Source of the DNA: Candidatus Sysuiplasma acidicola
Lineage (GTDB): Archaea; Thermoplasmatota; Thermoplasmata; Sysuiplasmatales; Sysuiplasmataceae
Assembly (NCBI GenBank): GCA_019721035.1
Contig: JAHEAA010000001.1
Location: forward strand, 39,991 to 103,990
Reading direction: 5' to 3'
Length of the DNA: 64,000 nt
Shown here piece after piece: positions 47,454-56,770 of this stretch. The notes under the pieces were generated by a model. The model did not search any database. It was not told where the DNA came from and was given only the letters and a program-made list of their open reading frames with translations. Position 1 is the stretch's first letter, and the number at the start of each line of letters is the position of its first letter. The position numbers and the translations under genes were made by a program.

Positions 47454-50213
47454 TCAGCCTATGCTGTACTCTATTCCTGAAAGAAGCACCGAGACCGGAA
47501 AGTCGACCAGAACATCCTTGACCATGAGTCTGCGGGCTGAATTCTTCCTGCCTGTGCCTGGCTTCCTGCCTGTAAACACGTCACTTAACACGGCAGGGAA
47601 GCCTGCGGGCAGGAGTATGCTTGTGTCGTTCCAGCTTCCCTGCCAGAGACTCTTTCGCCCTTCTCCGGTCAGCCTGGTTGTGTAACGGGGAACTGATACG
47701 ACAGCGCATTTCTCTCCAAGCTTCCTGGCAAACGACACGACGTTATTTTTTCCCGCTCCTGCCGTCTTCAGCGGAACGTAATCACCGTCCAGGAACAGGT
47801 CGCTCTCCTGCCTCCTCAATCTCAGAAGCAACCGTGTGAGATATGTCTTCACAGCACCGTCCCGGAATCTGCCTGCTAGTTCGGCTGCTGTATGACTGTT
47901 CCCTCTCCCGCTTAAACTCTGCAGGCGCTCCTTCAGTGAATTAAAGTCCGCAGGTCTCCTGTTGTCCGGATCCACAAAGCTGAAATTCCAGCCCTCTGAA
48001 CCCTGGTATGTATCAGGCACCCCGGGACACATTATTTTGAGTGTTACCATAGACATTGAATTCAGGAAGCCATGAAACGCCACTTTGCGCTGCAAGCGAT
48101 CAAACGATTTCATGAAACTGTCATTTCCGGTCGAAAGTATCTTTTCAATGAACTGCAGGCAGCATGATTCATAGGCTGTATCAGGTTTTTCCCATGAAGT
48201 ACAAGTGCCGCCTTCTCTCATGTATTTCACCATGTGTGCCTTCAGCCTCCTCCTCCATTCCCTTCTGCTCCCTTCCGGAGGCCTTGAGCCAAGTAGGATC
48301 TGATAAATGTAATATTCATCGCCGGGTGTCGGGCACAATCCTGATTTCCATTTTTTTCTGTATCTGTTATTGGCAGCTCTCCACCTCAGTATGTTCCTAT
48401 CCCACTCCTCCGGTATTTCAGACAGTACACTGATTCTGCATCTGAGGTCCTCGCCCATTTTTGTGTCATGTGTTGACGTACTGTTCATCGAATACGGATG
48501 GCGCCCGAAGCGTTCAACGATTTTCTTATGGAACTCCATGGACGTCAGACCGAACTCCCTGGGATCTGAACCAACTTCGTTCAGCGATACAAGTGCATTG
48601 TAATTGAAGAAGAATGTGTCCTCAACAGATTTTGCCATGGCCGCAGGCATAAGTTGCTGCAACCTCATTAGCGGGATTCGGAGAGATATGTCTGTTGCAG
48701 CATCATTCATCAGTGAGAGCAGCGCGCTCAGTTCAGTCTGCAGTTCCGGCTTGGTGACCGAAGCACTCTTCACCGCTTCACTGAATCTTTCGACATCGTC
48801 CTTATCGTAAGAGCCCTTGCTGAAATAGGTTCTGTAAACAGTCATATGTGCCAGGAACTCAATTACGGCTTCCTGCAACCCCTTCAGCGTGACATCTCTC
48901 CCGTACTTCCTGTCTTTCATGGAACCAAGAAGAATGAGTGAAACATTTGCGACATCCCCATCCAGCAGAGTTCGCACAACCTTTCTCTTCGTCTCGATCA
49001 CATTTTCATCAATGCTTCCGGAATATCCAGTAAATTTCCTGTATGTGTCTGTAATTGGTCCTCTGCTTTCAGGCATGACAAACAGTGAGTTTGTCCAGCT
49101 CATGAAATCATATCCAGTCGAACCATCCACAGGCCATTTCATGCTCAGGCGTTCGTTACCGCACGTGATCTTCTCTACGGCAACAAAGCAATTACCTATC
49201 AGTTCTCTCAATCTGCGAAGATATTCCACTGGATCAGAGAGGCCGTCAATGTGGTCAACCCTGACACCGTCGACCAGCCCTTTTCTGACAAGCTCACCTG
49301 CGAAGCTGTGCAATTCAGCGAACACCGGAGGATCCTCCACCCGCACAGCAATGAGGTCATTGACAGCGAAGAACCGTCTGTAGTTTATTTCACGTGACGC
49401 GCTGCCCTGCCATCGAAGCAGGAAATGCTGCTCCGACAATATCGCATCTATCTTCTCCAAATTTCTGTTGATTTCGGCAATAACCTGCCTGGCACTTCGC
49501 TCGAATCTCCTGTTCGAAATCAGTTTCCTGAATATTTCGACAGCGCTGGCAGAGTCGTCATTTACGGACGCGGCGAATTCAGAGAGCGCATCGGCATCTC
49601 CGGAAAGCCCGGACGCAATTATGTCGTCGATCAAATTCTTGTGAGTCCTTGAAGAAAGAGGAAGCCTGAAGCCGCGGTAGTCAACCATGACTCCATCATC
49701 CACAACAAGCTTCAGTTCGTGTTTTGCAAGCGCTTCATAATAGCCAGTTCCGAGGAAAGGTGCAACAACCTTTCCCTTCAGTCCCGGAGAATAATGATCC
49801 CAGTCGATGTCAAAGCAGACGCTGTGGGCGGAGGCCCGGCCATTCTCGAGAACATCTCTCAGAAGTCTGTTGCTGCGGTCAAACGCCATGTGATTAGGCA
49901 CAATCCCCTGCAGCCAGCTCATGCCTGCCAGATGCACCGCTTCTGACAGTGCCGTGAACTCTTCCAGCGTGCCAAACTCATGTCTGATTTTCGAAGCATC
50001 TGTAACGTCGTAGCCATGTCCGCTTCCCTGTCTCGCTTCGAAGATCGGTGAGGAGTAGATTGTTGTTGCTCCAAGTTCTTTCAGGCTATCTATAACCGCC
50101 ATTGCATCCCTGAACGTAAATTGAGGAGTGAACTGCAGCCTGTATGTGGAAACAATTTTACGCCACCCCTTACAGTCCGTACGGGCTGTTACATTTTCCT
50201 GTTTTTTTGTCAT
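47454..50213 (-). CDS. treY: Malto-oligosyltrehalose synthase TreY (GH13_26)
   Basis: STYRLQFTPQFTFRDAMAVIDSLKELGATTIYSSPIFEARQGSGHGYDVTD is the TreY N-terminal signature. GVRVDHIDGL follows. I place the start at MTKKQ... (50213). The ORF track extends to 50291. Confidence 0.85.
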   Translation of the reverse strand: MTKKQENVTARTDCKGWRKIVSTYRLQFTPQFTFRDAMAVIDSLKELGATTIYSSPIFEARQGSGHGYDVTDASKIRHEFGTLEEFTALSEAVHLAGMSWLQGIVPNHMAFDRSNRLLRDVLENGRASAHSVCFDIDWDHYSPGLKGKVVAPFLGTGYYEALAKHELKLVVDDGVMVDYRGFRLPLSSRTHKNLIDDIIASGLSGDADALSEFAASVNDDSASAVEIFRKLISNRRFERSARQVIAEINRNLEKIDAILSEQHFLLRWQGSASREINYRRFFAVNDLIAVRVEDPPVFAELHSFAGELVRKGLVDGVRVDHIDGLSDPVEYLRRLRELIGNCFVAVEKITCGNERLSMKWPVDGSTGYDFMSWTNSLFVMPESRGPITDTYRKFTGYSGSIDENVIETKRKVVRTLLDGDVANVSLILLGSMKDRKYGRDVTLKGLQEAVIEFLAHMTVYRTYFSKGSYDKDDVERFSEAVKSASVTKPELQTELSALLSLMNDAATDISLRIPLMRLQQLMPAAMAKSVEDTFFFNYNALVSLNEVGSDPREFGLTSMEFHKKIVERFGRHPYSMNSTSTHDTKMGEDLRCRISVLSEIPEEWDRNILRWRAANNRYRKKWKSGLCPTPGDEYYIYQILLGSRPPEGSRREWRRRLKAHMVKYMREGGTCTSWEKPDTAYESCCLQFIEKILSTGNDSFMKSFDRLQRKVAFHGFLNSMSMVTLKIMCPGVPDTYQGSEGWNFSFVDPDNRRPADFNSLKERLQSLSGRGNSHTAAELAGRFRDGAVKTYLTRLLLRLRRQESDLFLDGDYVPLKTAGAGKNNVVSFARKLGEKCAVVSVPRYTTRLTGEGRKSLWQGSWNDTSILLPAGFPAVLSDVFTGRKPGTGRKNSARRLMVKDVLVDFPVSVLLSGIEYSIG

Positions 50214-50368
50214 GCCGCCTCCCCTTACGCAGTTCTTCGTAATTAGTCTTGACAGAATCGTGCGACCTGCTTCGGCTCTAATCGGCTGCAAGATTTAGCC
50301 GGGGCGTAAAACCCCTGACAGTGAATGTGCTGAACGGAATGCTGCAGAGTATCTATTCGGTTTATTCT

Positions 50369-52579
50369 CTATCTGAAGATTTTCACTGATATCTTCGACT
50401 CTGAAAGAAGTCCTTTTCCGGAGGCTCCGAGCTTCCCTCTCTTATAACTTAATAGGATGGAACCGTATCTGCCGAAGTTCAGCTCGTGCAACCTGCTGAT
50501 GCCGTAGATGCTCACGGTCATCTTGCTAAACAATTTCTCATCCGCACTCTCTGATTTGCTGTCTGACCGTACAGTGATGCAGTTGCCTCTCACGAATACG
50601 GGGATCACTTCCAGAGGGGCGGTGTATTCTATCAGAGACGGGCCCTGCAACTTTCTGCCTGTCCAGAAATCCCACCACTTCCCTTCGGGAAGGTAGACGG
50701 TTCTCTCAACTCCGCGCGCAAGCGGCGCTACGAGAAGAGTTTCGCCGAGCATGTATTCATCCTGTATGTTCCTGGCGAACACATCATCCGGGAACTCGAA
50801 TACCAGGGCTCTGATGAGCGGTTTTCCCTCGGCCAAAGACTTGACTGACTGCCAGTAGAGGTACGGTATGAGTGAATACCTCAGTATGTCATACCCGGTG
50901 AAAATGGCCTCAGCTCTTCTGCCAAAATTCCATGGCTCCCTTGGCGTCGTTCCGTGCGCCCTTGAATGCGAAAACAGCAACCCCATCTGCGACCATCTGG
51001 CATAAAGTTCCGGACTCGGTTTTCCTGCGAAGCCGCCTATGTCGAAACTCATGAATGCGCCGCCCGAAAGAGAGTAGGAAAGTGCGCCCCTGAGAGCGGC
51101 AAGCATATCTCTCTCCGTGCAACTGGGATCACCGCCCCACTGAACCGGAAATCTGTGTATGCCCGTTCCGCCCGATCTGCCCCAGACGATTCCTTCACCT
51201 TTTTTCTCCCTGACTGTGTTGAATACTGTTTCATTATACAGTGTGGGAAGGGCGTTATGCGCCTCTCGGGAGTCAAGACCAAAATATCTGCCTGTCGACG
51301 GCGCCCCTTCTCCGTAATCGGTTTTCAGCACGTCCACTCCCTGATCGCACAATTTCCGCACCTGATCTGCATACCACTCCCTGGCAGCAGGATTTGTAAA
51401 GTCCACTGTTCCGAAATCATGCGTTATGCTGTCAAACTCTGCAATGGGCACGCCGTTGCCGTCCGTGACAAACAGTCCGTTTTCAAGAAGGTGCTCAAAC
51501 GCGTTTGAGCCCCTGGGGACGTACGGATTGATCCAGAGCGAAAGTCGAAATGACATTTCGTGGAGTTTCCTTATCATCCCCTCCGGGTCCGGAAAGAGCT
51601 GTTTGTTCCATTCGAACGTGCATCCTTCACCCGGATAGCCCATGCTGTTCATCTCCTCCGGATAGTCTGCGTTGAGCCGTTCCAGCAACTCCCCCGGAAC
51701 GCCGTAGTTGGTGCAGTATGACCGGGGGTCGATCCCCTTCTCCTTCAGCATCTCGATCAACGAATGCGGGACTGGCCTTCTGAGCCATTGGGGGTCCAGG
51801 TGCAGAACGTCGCAAGGCAGCCTCTTCTTCCTGATCTTCCTCGCAACATCCAGCAACTCCCTTTCGCTCATGTAGGAACAGCGGCTCATCCACAGACCGT
51901 ATGACCAGAGTGGCGGAACCTGCGGCTTTCCGGTTAGTTGCCAATATGCATCTACTATCTCCCACGGCTTTCCGGCGAAAAGGTAAATGTCTGCACTATC
52001 TTCTTCAATCACGATCTCTCCTGCGCCTTTGAAGTTTCGGCCGAAATCAAATCTGACAGCCGAAGTGGTGTCTACAAACAATCCGTAACCTCTCGTGCTC
52101 CAGAAAAATGGATATGTGACATATGTCTCGTCATTCGGCAGTGAGAGGGAGTCCTTCACGTTCACCGTCAGCTCCTGCCCGTTTCTGTTGATGTCGCCGA
52201 AGAATTCTCCAAGGCCGTATATTCCCTCATCTTCGTGTATTTCAAATGGAATGCTCAGACGTTTGTCTGAAAGGGAAAGCTTTGTGGGATGCCCTCTTTT
52301 ACCCGACGGCGGATTGGGCAGCATGTGCAGCAGTTTTGTGCCCTTGAATGAAATATTGAGCTCCGGAGGCTCAGTTGAAGCATCGACCGCGAAGTTTCCG
52401 GTCAGGAAGTGCACTTTTCGACCCCCCGGCGCAGTGGCTGAACCATAATGACCGAACGACATGCACATTGTGCTCTCCCCGGCCAGTCCAAGTTTTACTG
52501 AAACCGCAGCCTTCTGTTCTGTCCGGAAATGGCATGTTCCCGACGCCCTACCTGCCCCATTTTTCCTTTTCTGAATCAA
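50369..52579 (-). CDS. GH31 family alpha-glucosidase
   Basis: Up to 736 aa. The start is possibly at internal Met 52468. GH31 regions include CDVLHLDPQW, the nucleophile region GIVWGRSGGTGIHRFPVQWGGDPS and FMSFDIGGF (acid/base). Confidence 0.85.
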   Translation of the reverse strand: MIQKRKNGAGRASGTCHFRTEQKAAVSVKLGLAGESTMCMSFGHYGSATAPGGRKVHFLTGNFAVDASTEPPELNISFKGTKLLHMLPNPPSGKRGHPTKLSLSDKRLSIPFEIHEDEGIYGLGEFFGDINRNGQELTVNVKDSLSLPNDETYVTYPFFWSTRGYGLFVDTTSAVRFDFGRNFKGAGEIVIEEDSADIYLFAGKPWEIVDAYWQLTGKPQVPPLWSYGLWMSRCSYMSERELLDVARKIRKKRLPCDVLHLDPQWLRRPVPHSLIEMLKEKGIDPRSYCTNYGVPGELLERLNADYPEEMNSMGYPGEGCTFEWNKQLFPDPEGMIRKLHEMSFRLSLWINPYVPRGSNAFEHLLENGLFVTDGNGVPIAEFDSITHDFGTVDFTNPAAREWYADQVRKLCDQGVDVLKTDYGEGAPSTGRYFGLDSREAHNALPTLYNETVFNTVREKKGEGIVWGRSGGTGIHRFPVQWGGDPSCTERDMLAALRGALSYSLSGGAFMSFDIGGFAGKPSPELYARWSQMGLLFSHSRAHGTTPREPWNFGRRAEAIFTGYDILRYSLIPYLYWQSVKSLAEGKPLIRALVFEFPDDVFARNIQDEYMLGETLLVAPLARGVERTVYLPEGKWWDFWTGRKLQGPSLIEYTAPLEVIPVFVRGNCITVRSDSKSESADEKLFSKMTVSIYGISRLHELNFGRYGSILLSYKRGKLGASGKGLLSESKISVKIFR

Positions 52580-52776
52580 TTATTATCCTCGTCCAATCGC
52601 GCTTACGTCCCGTCGGCATATTCTACCTGCATAATAATGTCACCGAAGGTACGACCACCGCTGGGGGTGGGGGTTGGGAACTTCGTATGGCACACAATCC
52701 TGGGAATACATTCGCTCATCGTGTCACTTAACGTTTAAATAGTTCAGGCTCAATCAAACGGGACAGGTGCAGTAAA

Positions 52777-53133
52777 ATGGTCAGTCTCGTATTGACTGAA
52801 AAGGCCAGTGACAAAGTCAGGTCGTTGATCGCAGAGCAGGAGAAAAAGGACCTTCTCCTCAGAGTTTATCTTACGGCAGCAGACCACGGATTCAGGTATG
52901 GCATGGCCTTTGACGAAAATGCTGATCCTTCACAGGACATTCAGCTGGAACAGAACGGAGTAAAGATTGTCGTCGACAAGGAGAGCGCAGACCATCTCGA
53001 AGGCACGGAAATCGACTATGTCGAGTCGATAGAAGGCGGAGGGTTTACCATAAACAACCCCAACCTCAAAGTGAATAACGGCGCCGGCTGCAGCTGTGGC
53101 GGCGGCGGATGCGGATGCGGTTGCGGCTCGTGA
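52777..53133 (+). CDS. HesB/IscA-family (A-type carrier-like) protein lacking the first conserved Cys and carrying a Gly/Cys-rich C-terminal tail
   Basis: 118 aa. HesB fold pattern (VSLVLTEKASDKVRSLI...LRVYLTAADHGFRYGMAFDE...GVKIVVDKESADHLEGTEIDYVE...GFTINNPN). The canonical GCSG Cys is absent. The C-terminus is GAGCSCGGGGCGCGCGS. Confidence 0.7.
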   Translation: MVSLVLTEKASDKVRSLIAEQEKKDLLLRVYLTAADHGFRYGMAFDENADPSQDIQLEQNGVKIVVDKESADHLEGTEIDYVESIEGGGFTINNPNLKVNNGAGCSCGGGGCGCGCGS

Positions 53134-53282
53134 GCCTTGCTTCGACGCGTAACCCATATAAATCACTTCATTCTATTTTCATCGGTTCCAACGGTCCGAC
53201 TGCGATGCCATTGATTTCCAGCAGACTTATATCGTGACTGTGCACTATACTCAAGCATCATCCTCCGGGGAAGGCTTCCATC

Positions 53283-53393
53283 TATGATATGCAGATATTG
53301 CGGAAGGAAGATGAATGAACATGCAGACCTTCGCAGCAAGGTGATAAAGGCGCTGTATCACTGTGCATGCGGTTCTGCATGCTACCAGTGCTG
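53283..53393 (+). CDS. Possible 36-aa Cys-rich mini-protein (zinc-ribbon-like)
   Basis: Read by eye. It is below the ORF-track size cutoff. ATG ATA TGC AGA TAT TGC ... TGA gives MICRYCGRKMNEHADLRSKVIKALYHCACGSACYQC, with CxxC-x20-CxCxxxCxxC. It sits in the 350-bp gap between the HesB-like and CsaA genes. Confidence 0.2.
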
Positions 53394-53479
53394 ACATTTG
53401 GCGTTCAGGTTCGGGAGCGTGCTATGTGTGCCATGCTTACAGAATAGTTGAAGAACAATCAGGTTTTTCATGTTTTTAC

Positions 53480-53818
53480 ATGACTGAGGAGATAGAATCA
53501 GAGAGATTCGCGTCGGTCGACATCCGAACCGGAAGAGTGCTGGAAGCGACGAACTTTCCCGAAGCGCGTAAACCATCATACAGGCTGCTGATTGATTTCG
53601 GCTCCCTCGGCGTGAAGAAGAGCAGCGCTCAGATTACTTCACTCTACAGGCCGGAAGATCTCGTGGGAAGGAATGTGATTGCAGTCGTCAATCTGAAACC
53701 AAGGCAGATAGCTAATTTCATCTCGGAAGTGCTGGTCCTCGGTGTGCCAGTTGGAGACGGAAAAGTTGTGCTGCTGCATCCGGATCGGGATGTTGAGCCG
53801 GGTCTCCGGATCTCCTGA
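53480..53818 (+). CDS. tRNA-binding protein CsaA/Trbp111-like (EMAP-II / MetRS C-terminal-like OB fold)
   Basis: 113 aa from ATG 53480. FASVDIRTGRVLEATNFPEARKPSYRLLIDFGSLGVKKSSAQITSLYRPEDLVGRNVIAVVNLKPRQIANFISEVLVLGV matches CsaA (…DLRVGkIve…ykL.vD.G…rqivsgl..y…eel.Gk.vv.v.NLkp.k..G..SeGM.L). Confidence 0.75.
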   Translation: MTEEIESERFASVDIRTGRVLEATNFPEARKPSYRLLIDFGSLGVKKSSAQITSLYRPEDLVGRNVIAVVNLKPRQIANFISEVLVLGVPVGDGKVVLLHPDRDVEPGLRIS

Positions 53819-54058
53819 GTGCAGTGCCCTTGTTCAGGACAGGAACGATATTTCCATATGTTGCAGAATTGTAGTAATTTAAGATTCGTGGTTTGCTTTC
53901 TCCGCCAGTTCCTTCTTCGCGGCGAATCCATCAATTGCTGCCCGGCCTCTGAGATTTCTTGCTTCCTTTTTCAGCTGCATGCGCAATGCTCGAAGTGCAT
54001 CGAAAGCATGGCTCATGTGAATCAACTTTGATACGAGCAGATCGTATTGGGTGGATGT

Positions 54059-55054
54059 TTATGCAAACGAGCTGAGAACTGCTTCGTCAGCAATTGCCAT
54101 TGCATATGAAGCAATGGCCCTGATGTCTCTTGTGATCAGTGAAATTGACAGAAGGTTTTTTTCATCCATTCCCTTCATGAGCTTCAGGTAAGTCGTCTCG
54201 TGCAGTTTCCTCACTTTGCCCATTTTGTCGGTTATTGCTGATGCAAGGTTGACGTTTTTGTTCATAAGTGCTCTCGTCGTCATATCCAGCATTTCTGCCG
54301 CTGCAGCAGCCATTTCATTGATGGCCGCAGCCAGTGAAGCTTCCGGGCTCTTTCCGATCTCTCCGACATGCTGCGCTATGCGCATCGCGTAGTATGCCAC
54401 TCTCCCCAGTTCCCTGATGGCCATTGTCTGCACCATGACGCTGGACACATTCGGAAAATTCATCTGATTCCTCAGTTTCTTGTCGTTGGCTGCCTGGAAT
54501 GCAAGTCTCATCATCAGTCGGTAAACTCTCGTGCTCTCCACCCCCCTGTCGTAAGCATCCGTTGCAAGCGCTTTGTCATTCTCAATAAGAGCCTTGACAG
54601 CATCAAGTAATATGGCCGTCGAAGTTGCAGAAAATCGCTCAAGCAGTTTGTTAAGATCAAATTTGGCCGGATCAACCAGGTTCTGCAGTATCATCTGATT
54701 TGCAAATTCCTCTGAAATCTCTACGCCTATCAGTTTTTCAATGATATCTTTTATCCACTTTTTATGCTCCGGGAGCATCTTACGTTGCGCCACAACCTCT
54801 GTAATATCGTGCCCAAGAATGTAAGAAGCCGTGATGGACAACTCGAGAAGTTTCTGTTCCCTGAATTCGTCTATCTGAAGTGAATGGGGCGTGACTTCCA
54901 TTCTCGAATGTGTGGGGCTGACAATGATCTCGTCTTCCTCAAGCTCGATAGAGACGTGGTCGCCCTTCCTCATCTTCATTCTCTCTATCCAGTCTTTTGG
55001 AATCGTTATTACAAAAGTGCCTCCGGCGGTTGTCTGCAGCTTCCGAACTTCCAT
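54059..55054 (-). CDS. Archaeal phosphate-uptake-regulator homologue: N-terminal AbrB/SpoVT swapped-hairpin DNA-binding domain fused to tandem PhoU domains
   Basis: 331 aa. N-terminal MEVRKLQTTAGGTFVITIPKDWIERMKMRKGDHVSIELEEDEIIVSP (AbrB/MazE-like). The remainder is helical with PhoU-like repeats (AYYAMRIAQHVGEIGK..., IASYAMAIADEA). Confidence 0.75.
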   Translation of the reverse strand: MEVRKLQTTAGGTFVITIPKDWIERMKMRKGDHVSIELEEDEIIVSPTHSRMEVTPHSLQIDEFREQKLLELSITASYILGHDITEVVAQRKMLPEHKKWIKDIIEKLIGVEISEEFANQMILQNLVDPAKFDLNKLLERFSATSTAILLDAVKALIENDKALATDAYDRGVESTRVYRLMMRLAFQAANDKKLRNQMNFPNVSSVMVQTMAIRELGRVAYYAMRIAQHVGEIGKSPEASLAAAINEMAAAAAEMLDMTTRALMNKNVNLASAITDKMGKVRKLHETTYLKLMKGMDEKNLLSISLITRDIRAIASYAMAIADEAVLSSFA

Positions 55055-55359
55055 GATTATGACAGCTCCTCCTCATCAGTTGAGTGCAAACTTTGCATTG
55101 CATATGTAATATATGTATTTATCTTAGCTTCTATACAAGTCATTATTAATTTCCATAATTTACTTAGAGTTAAATAGAGGTATACGGTATCCACCACTGG
55201 TGCAAGCTTGGCAAAACTGAACAGTGCCCGCCTCACTGTCGGTTGTTCATGGAACGGCCGAGCCTGCACCGAAAACTCGAACGACCTGCCTGCTGGATGG
55301 ATCATGGTGCGGTTTCTGCACACAGGCAGCATCGATCCTGCTTTCTGGGAGAGAATGAT

Positions 55360-56676
55360 ATGAACAAGCATCTCGCGACTGAGGTATCCGAAATCGAGTC
55401 AGCATGGAGATCAGACAGATGGAACGGCATTGTGAGGCCGTACACTGCGGAAGAGGTTTGCAAGCTTCGTGGCTCCATTCACATTGATCACACACTTGCC
55501 AGGCTGTCTTCAGAGAAGCTCTGGAATTTGATTCAAAATGAGCAGCACGTGCTGGCACCCGGAGCGTCGACTGCCGATGATGCTGTGCAGATGGTACGTG
55601 CAGGACTTAAGGTGATACATCTCGGCGGTCAATCGATGAGTTTCGATGATGTGCCATCTACCCCGCTTCCGCATGAGCAGGGCAATGTTCAGTCTGCGGT
55701 GGACCCGGAGACGGTTGCGCGCATCAATGGTGCACTGCTTCTGTCCGACCAGCTCCACAAGACTGCCGGGAACGGCAATATTGACTGGCTCGCAGCAATC
55801 GTTGCGGAAGGGAAGACGGGGACGGACTACCCAATGCATGCGTACGAGTCCGCAAAGTTGTTAATCGAAGCAGGAGCTGCCGGCCTTTACTTCAGGGACA
55901 TGATCGCTGTGGGAAGGTCCCATCCACATGTTGACTGGAGGGCGCTGATTCCCACTTGCCAGTTCATCAGCAATCTTGTTGCGGCAAGGCTCGCGTCCGA
56001 CGTAATGGGCGTACCAACGGTCCTGATAGCAAAGACCGCTGCAAGAAGCGCTACTCTGCTCACAAACGACATTGATGAGCGTGACTACAGATATGCATCA
56101 GGCGAGAGAACAGATCTTGGTCACTACTGGATACGCGGAAGCTTGGAGACGGCCATTGAAAGGGCAGTGTCACTGGCGCCTTTCGCAGATATGCTATCCT
56201 ATGAAACAACGGCTCCTGACATTGAGGAGGCAAGAAAGTTTTCAGCTGCAGTCCTTAGCGAATATCCGGGAAAGCCCCTTGTCTACAGTTGCTCTCCTTC
56301 CCGAGAGTGGTTGAACGACATGACGCCTGAAGACATGACTGCTTTTCATGAAAGACTCGGCAGAATGGGTTACAGACTGCAGACCGTGGCAGGGACATCT
56401 CTGGCGGGCGCAAATGCTCCGACATCCCTTTCAGAAGAGAATCTTGCATCGGTGGCTCTGACTGCTCGCATGAGTGTGCAGAAGAGTCGGGCAAAGCAGG
56501 AAATGGGCGTAACTGCATTAACGGGTGCACGTGATCCGCTTGGTTCCATATATTTTGCCGAGGTGTCGAAACTCATATCACGTGTGCCTCGATTCCAGTA
56601 TGTGTATGGAATGACCGGAAGCACCGACGCTTCGGCACAGCAGGTAATGGTCGTCCAGAAAGCCGCTGGCAGGTGA
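55360..56676 (+). CDS. Isocitrate lyase (ICL/PEP-mutase superfamily) homologue with substituted catalytic motifs. Probable pseudoenzyme or neo-functionalised paralogue.
   Basis: 438 aa from ATG 55360. Strong ICL-specific N-terminus WRSDRWNGIVRPYTAEEVCKLRGS (E. coli AceA: WTQPRWEGITRPYSAEDVVKLRGS). Conserved LIEAGAAGLYF, LVAARLASDVMGVPTVLIA and YSCSPSREW (AceA NCSPSFNW). The AceA catalytic positions differ: HFEDQ is YFRDM, SVKKCGH is AVGRSHPH (Cys replaced by Ser), DAEAGFGG is AEGKTGT, ARTDA is AKTAA. Confidence 0.8.
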   Translation: MNKHLATEVSEIESAWRSDRWNGIVRPYTAEEVCKLRGSIHIDHTLARLSSEKLWNLIQNEQHVLAPGASTADDAVQMVRAGLKVIHLGGQSMSFDDVPSTPLPHEQGNVQSAVDPETVARINGALLLSDQLHKTAGNGNIDWLAAIVAEGKTGTDYPMHAYESAKLLIEAGAAGLYFRDMIAVGRSHPHVDWRALIPTCQFISNLVAARLASDVMGVPTVLIAKTAARSATLLTNDIDERDYRYASGERTDLGHYWIRGSLETAIERAVSLAPFADMLSYETTAPDIEEARKFSAAVLSEYPGKPLVYSCSPSREWLNDMTPEDMTAFHERLGRMGYRLQTVAGTSLAGANAPTSLSEENLASVALTARMSVQKSRAKQEMGVTALTGARDPLGSIYFAEVSKLISRVPRFQYVYGMTGSTDASAQQVMVVQKAAGR

Positions 56677-56770
56677 AAAGAGGCATACACAACGTTCCTT
56701 TTTGAATATTCGCAAAGTCCCGCAGCCTCTGCTGCATGTATTTCAGCGCGATGTTTTGTTGCCGGGAAAA

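Noticed and set aside
52655-52685. G-rich tract (ctgggggtgggggttggg) upstream of the HesB-like gene as a possible G-quadruplex
   Set aside because: It has only three G-runs of 3 or more, so it cannot form a canonical four-tract G4.
53095-53135. Short GC-rich tandem repeat (ggatgcggatgcggttgcggc) that could look like a CRISPR or microsatellite
   Set aside because: It is the coding sequence for the Gly-Cys tail (GGGGCGCGCGS) of the HesB-like protein. It has no spacer/repeat periodicity. I saw no CRISPR array anywhere in the window.
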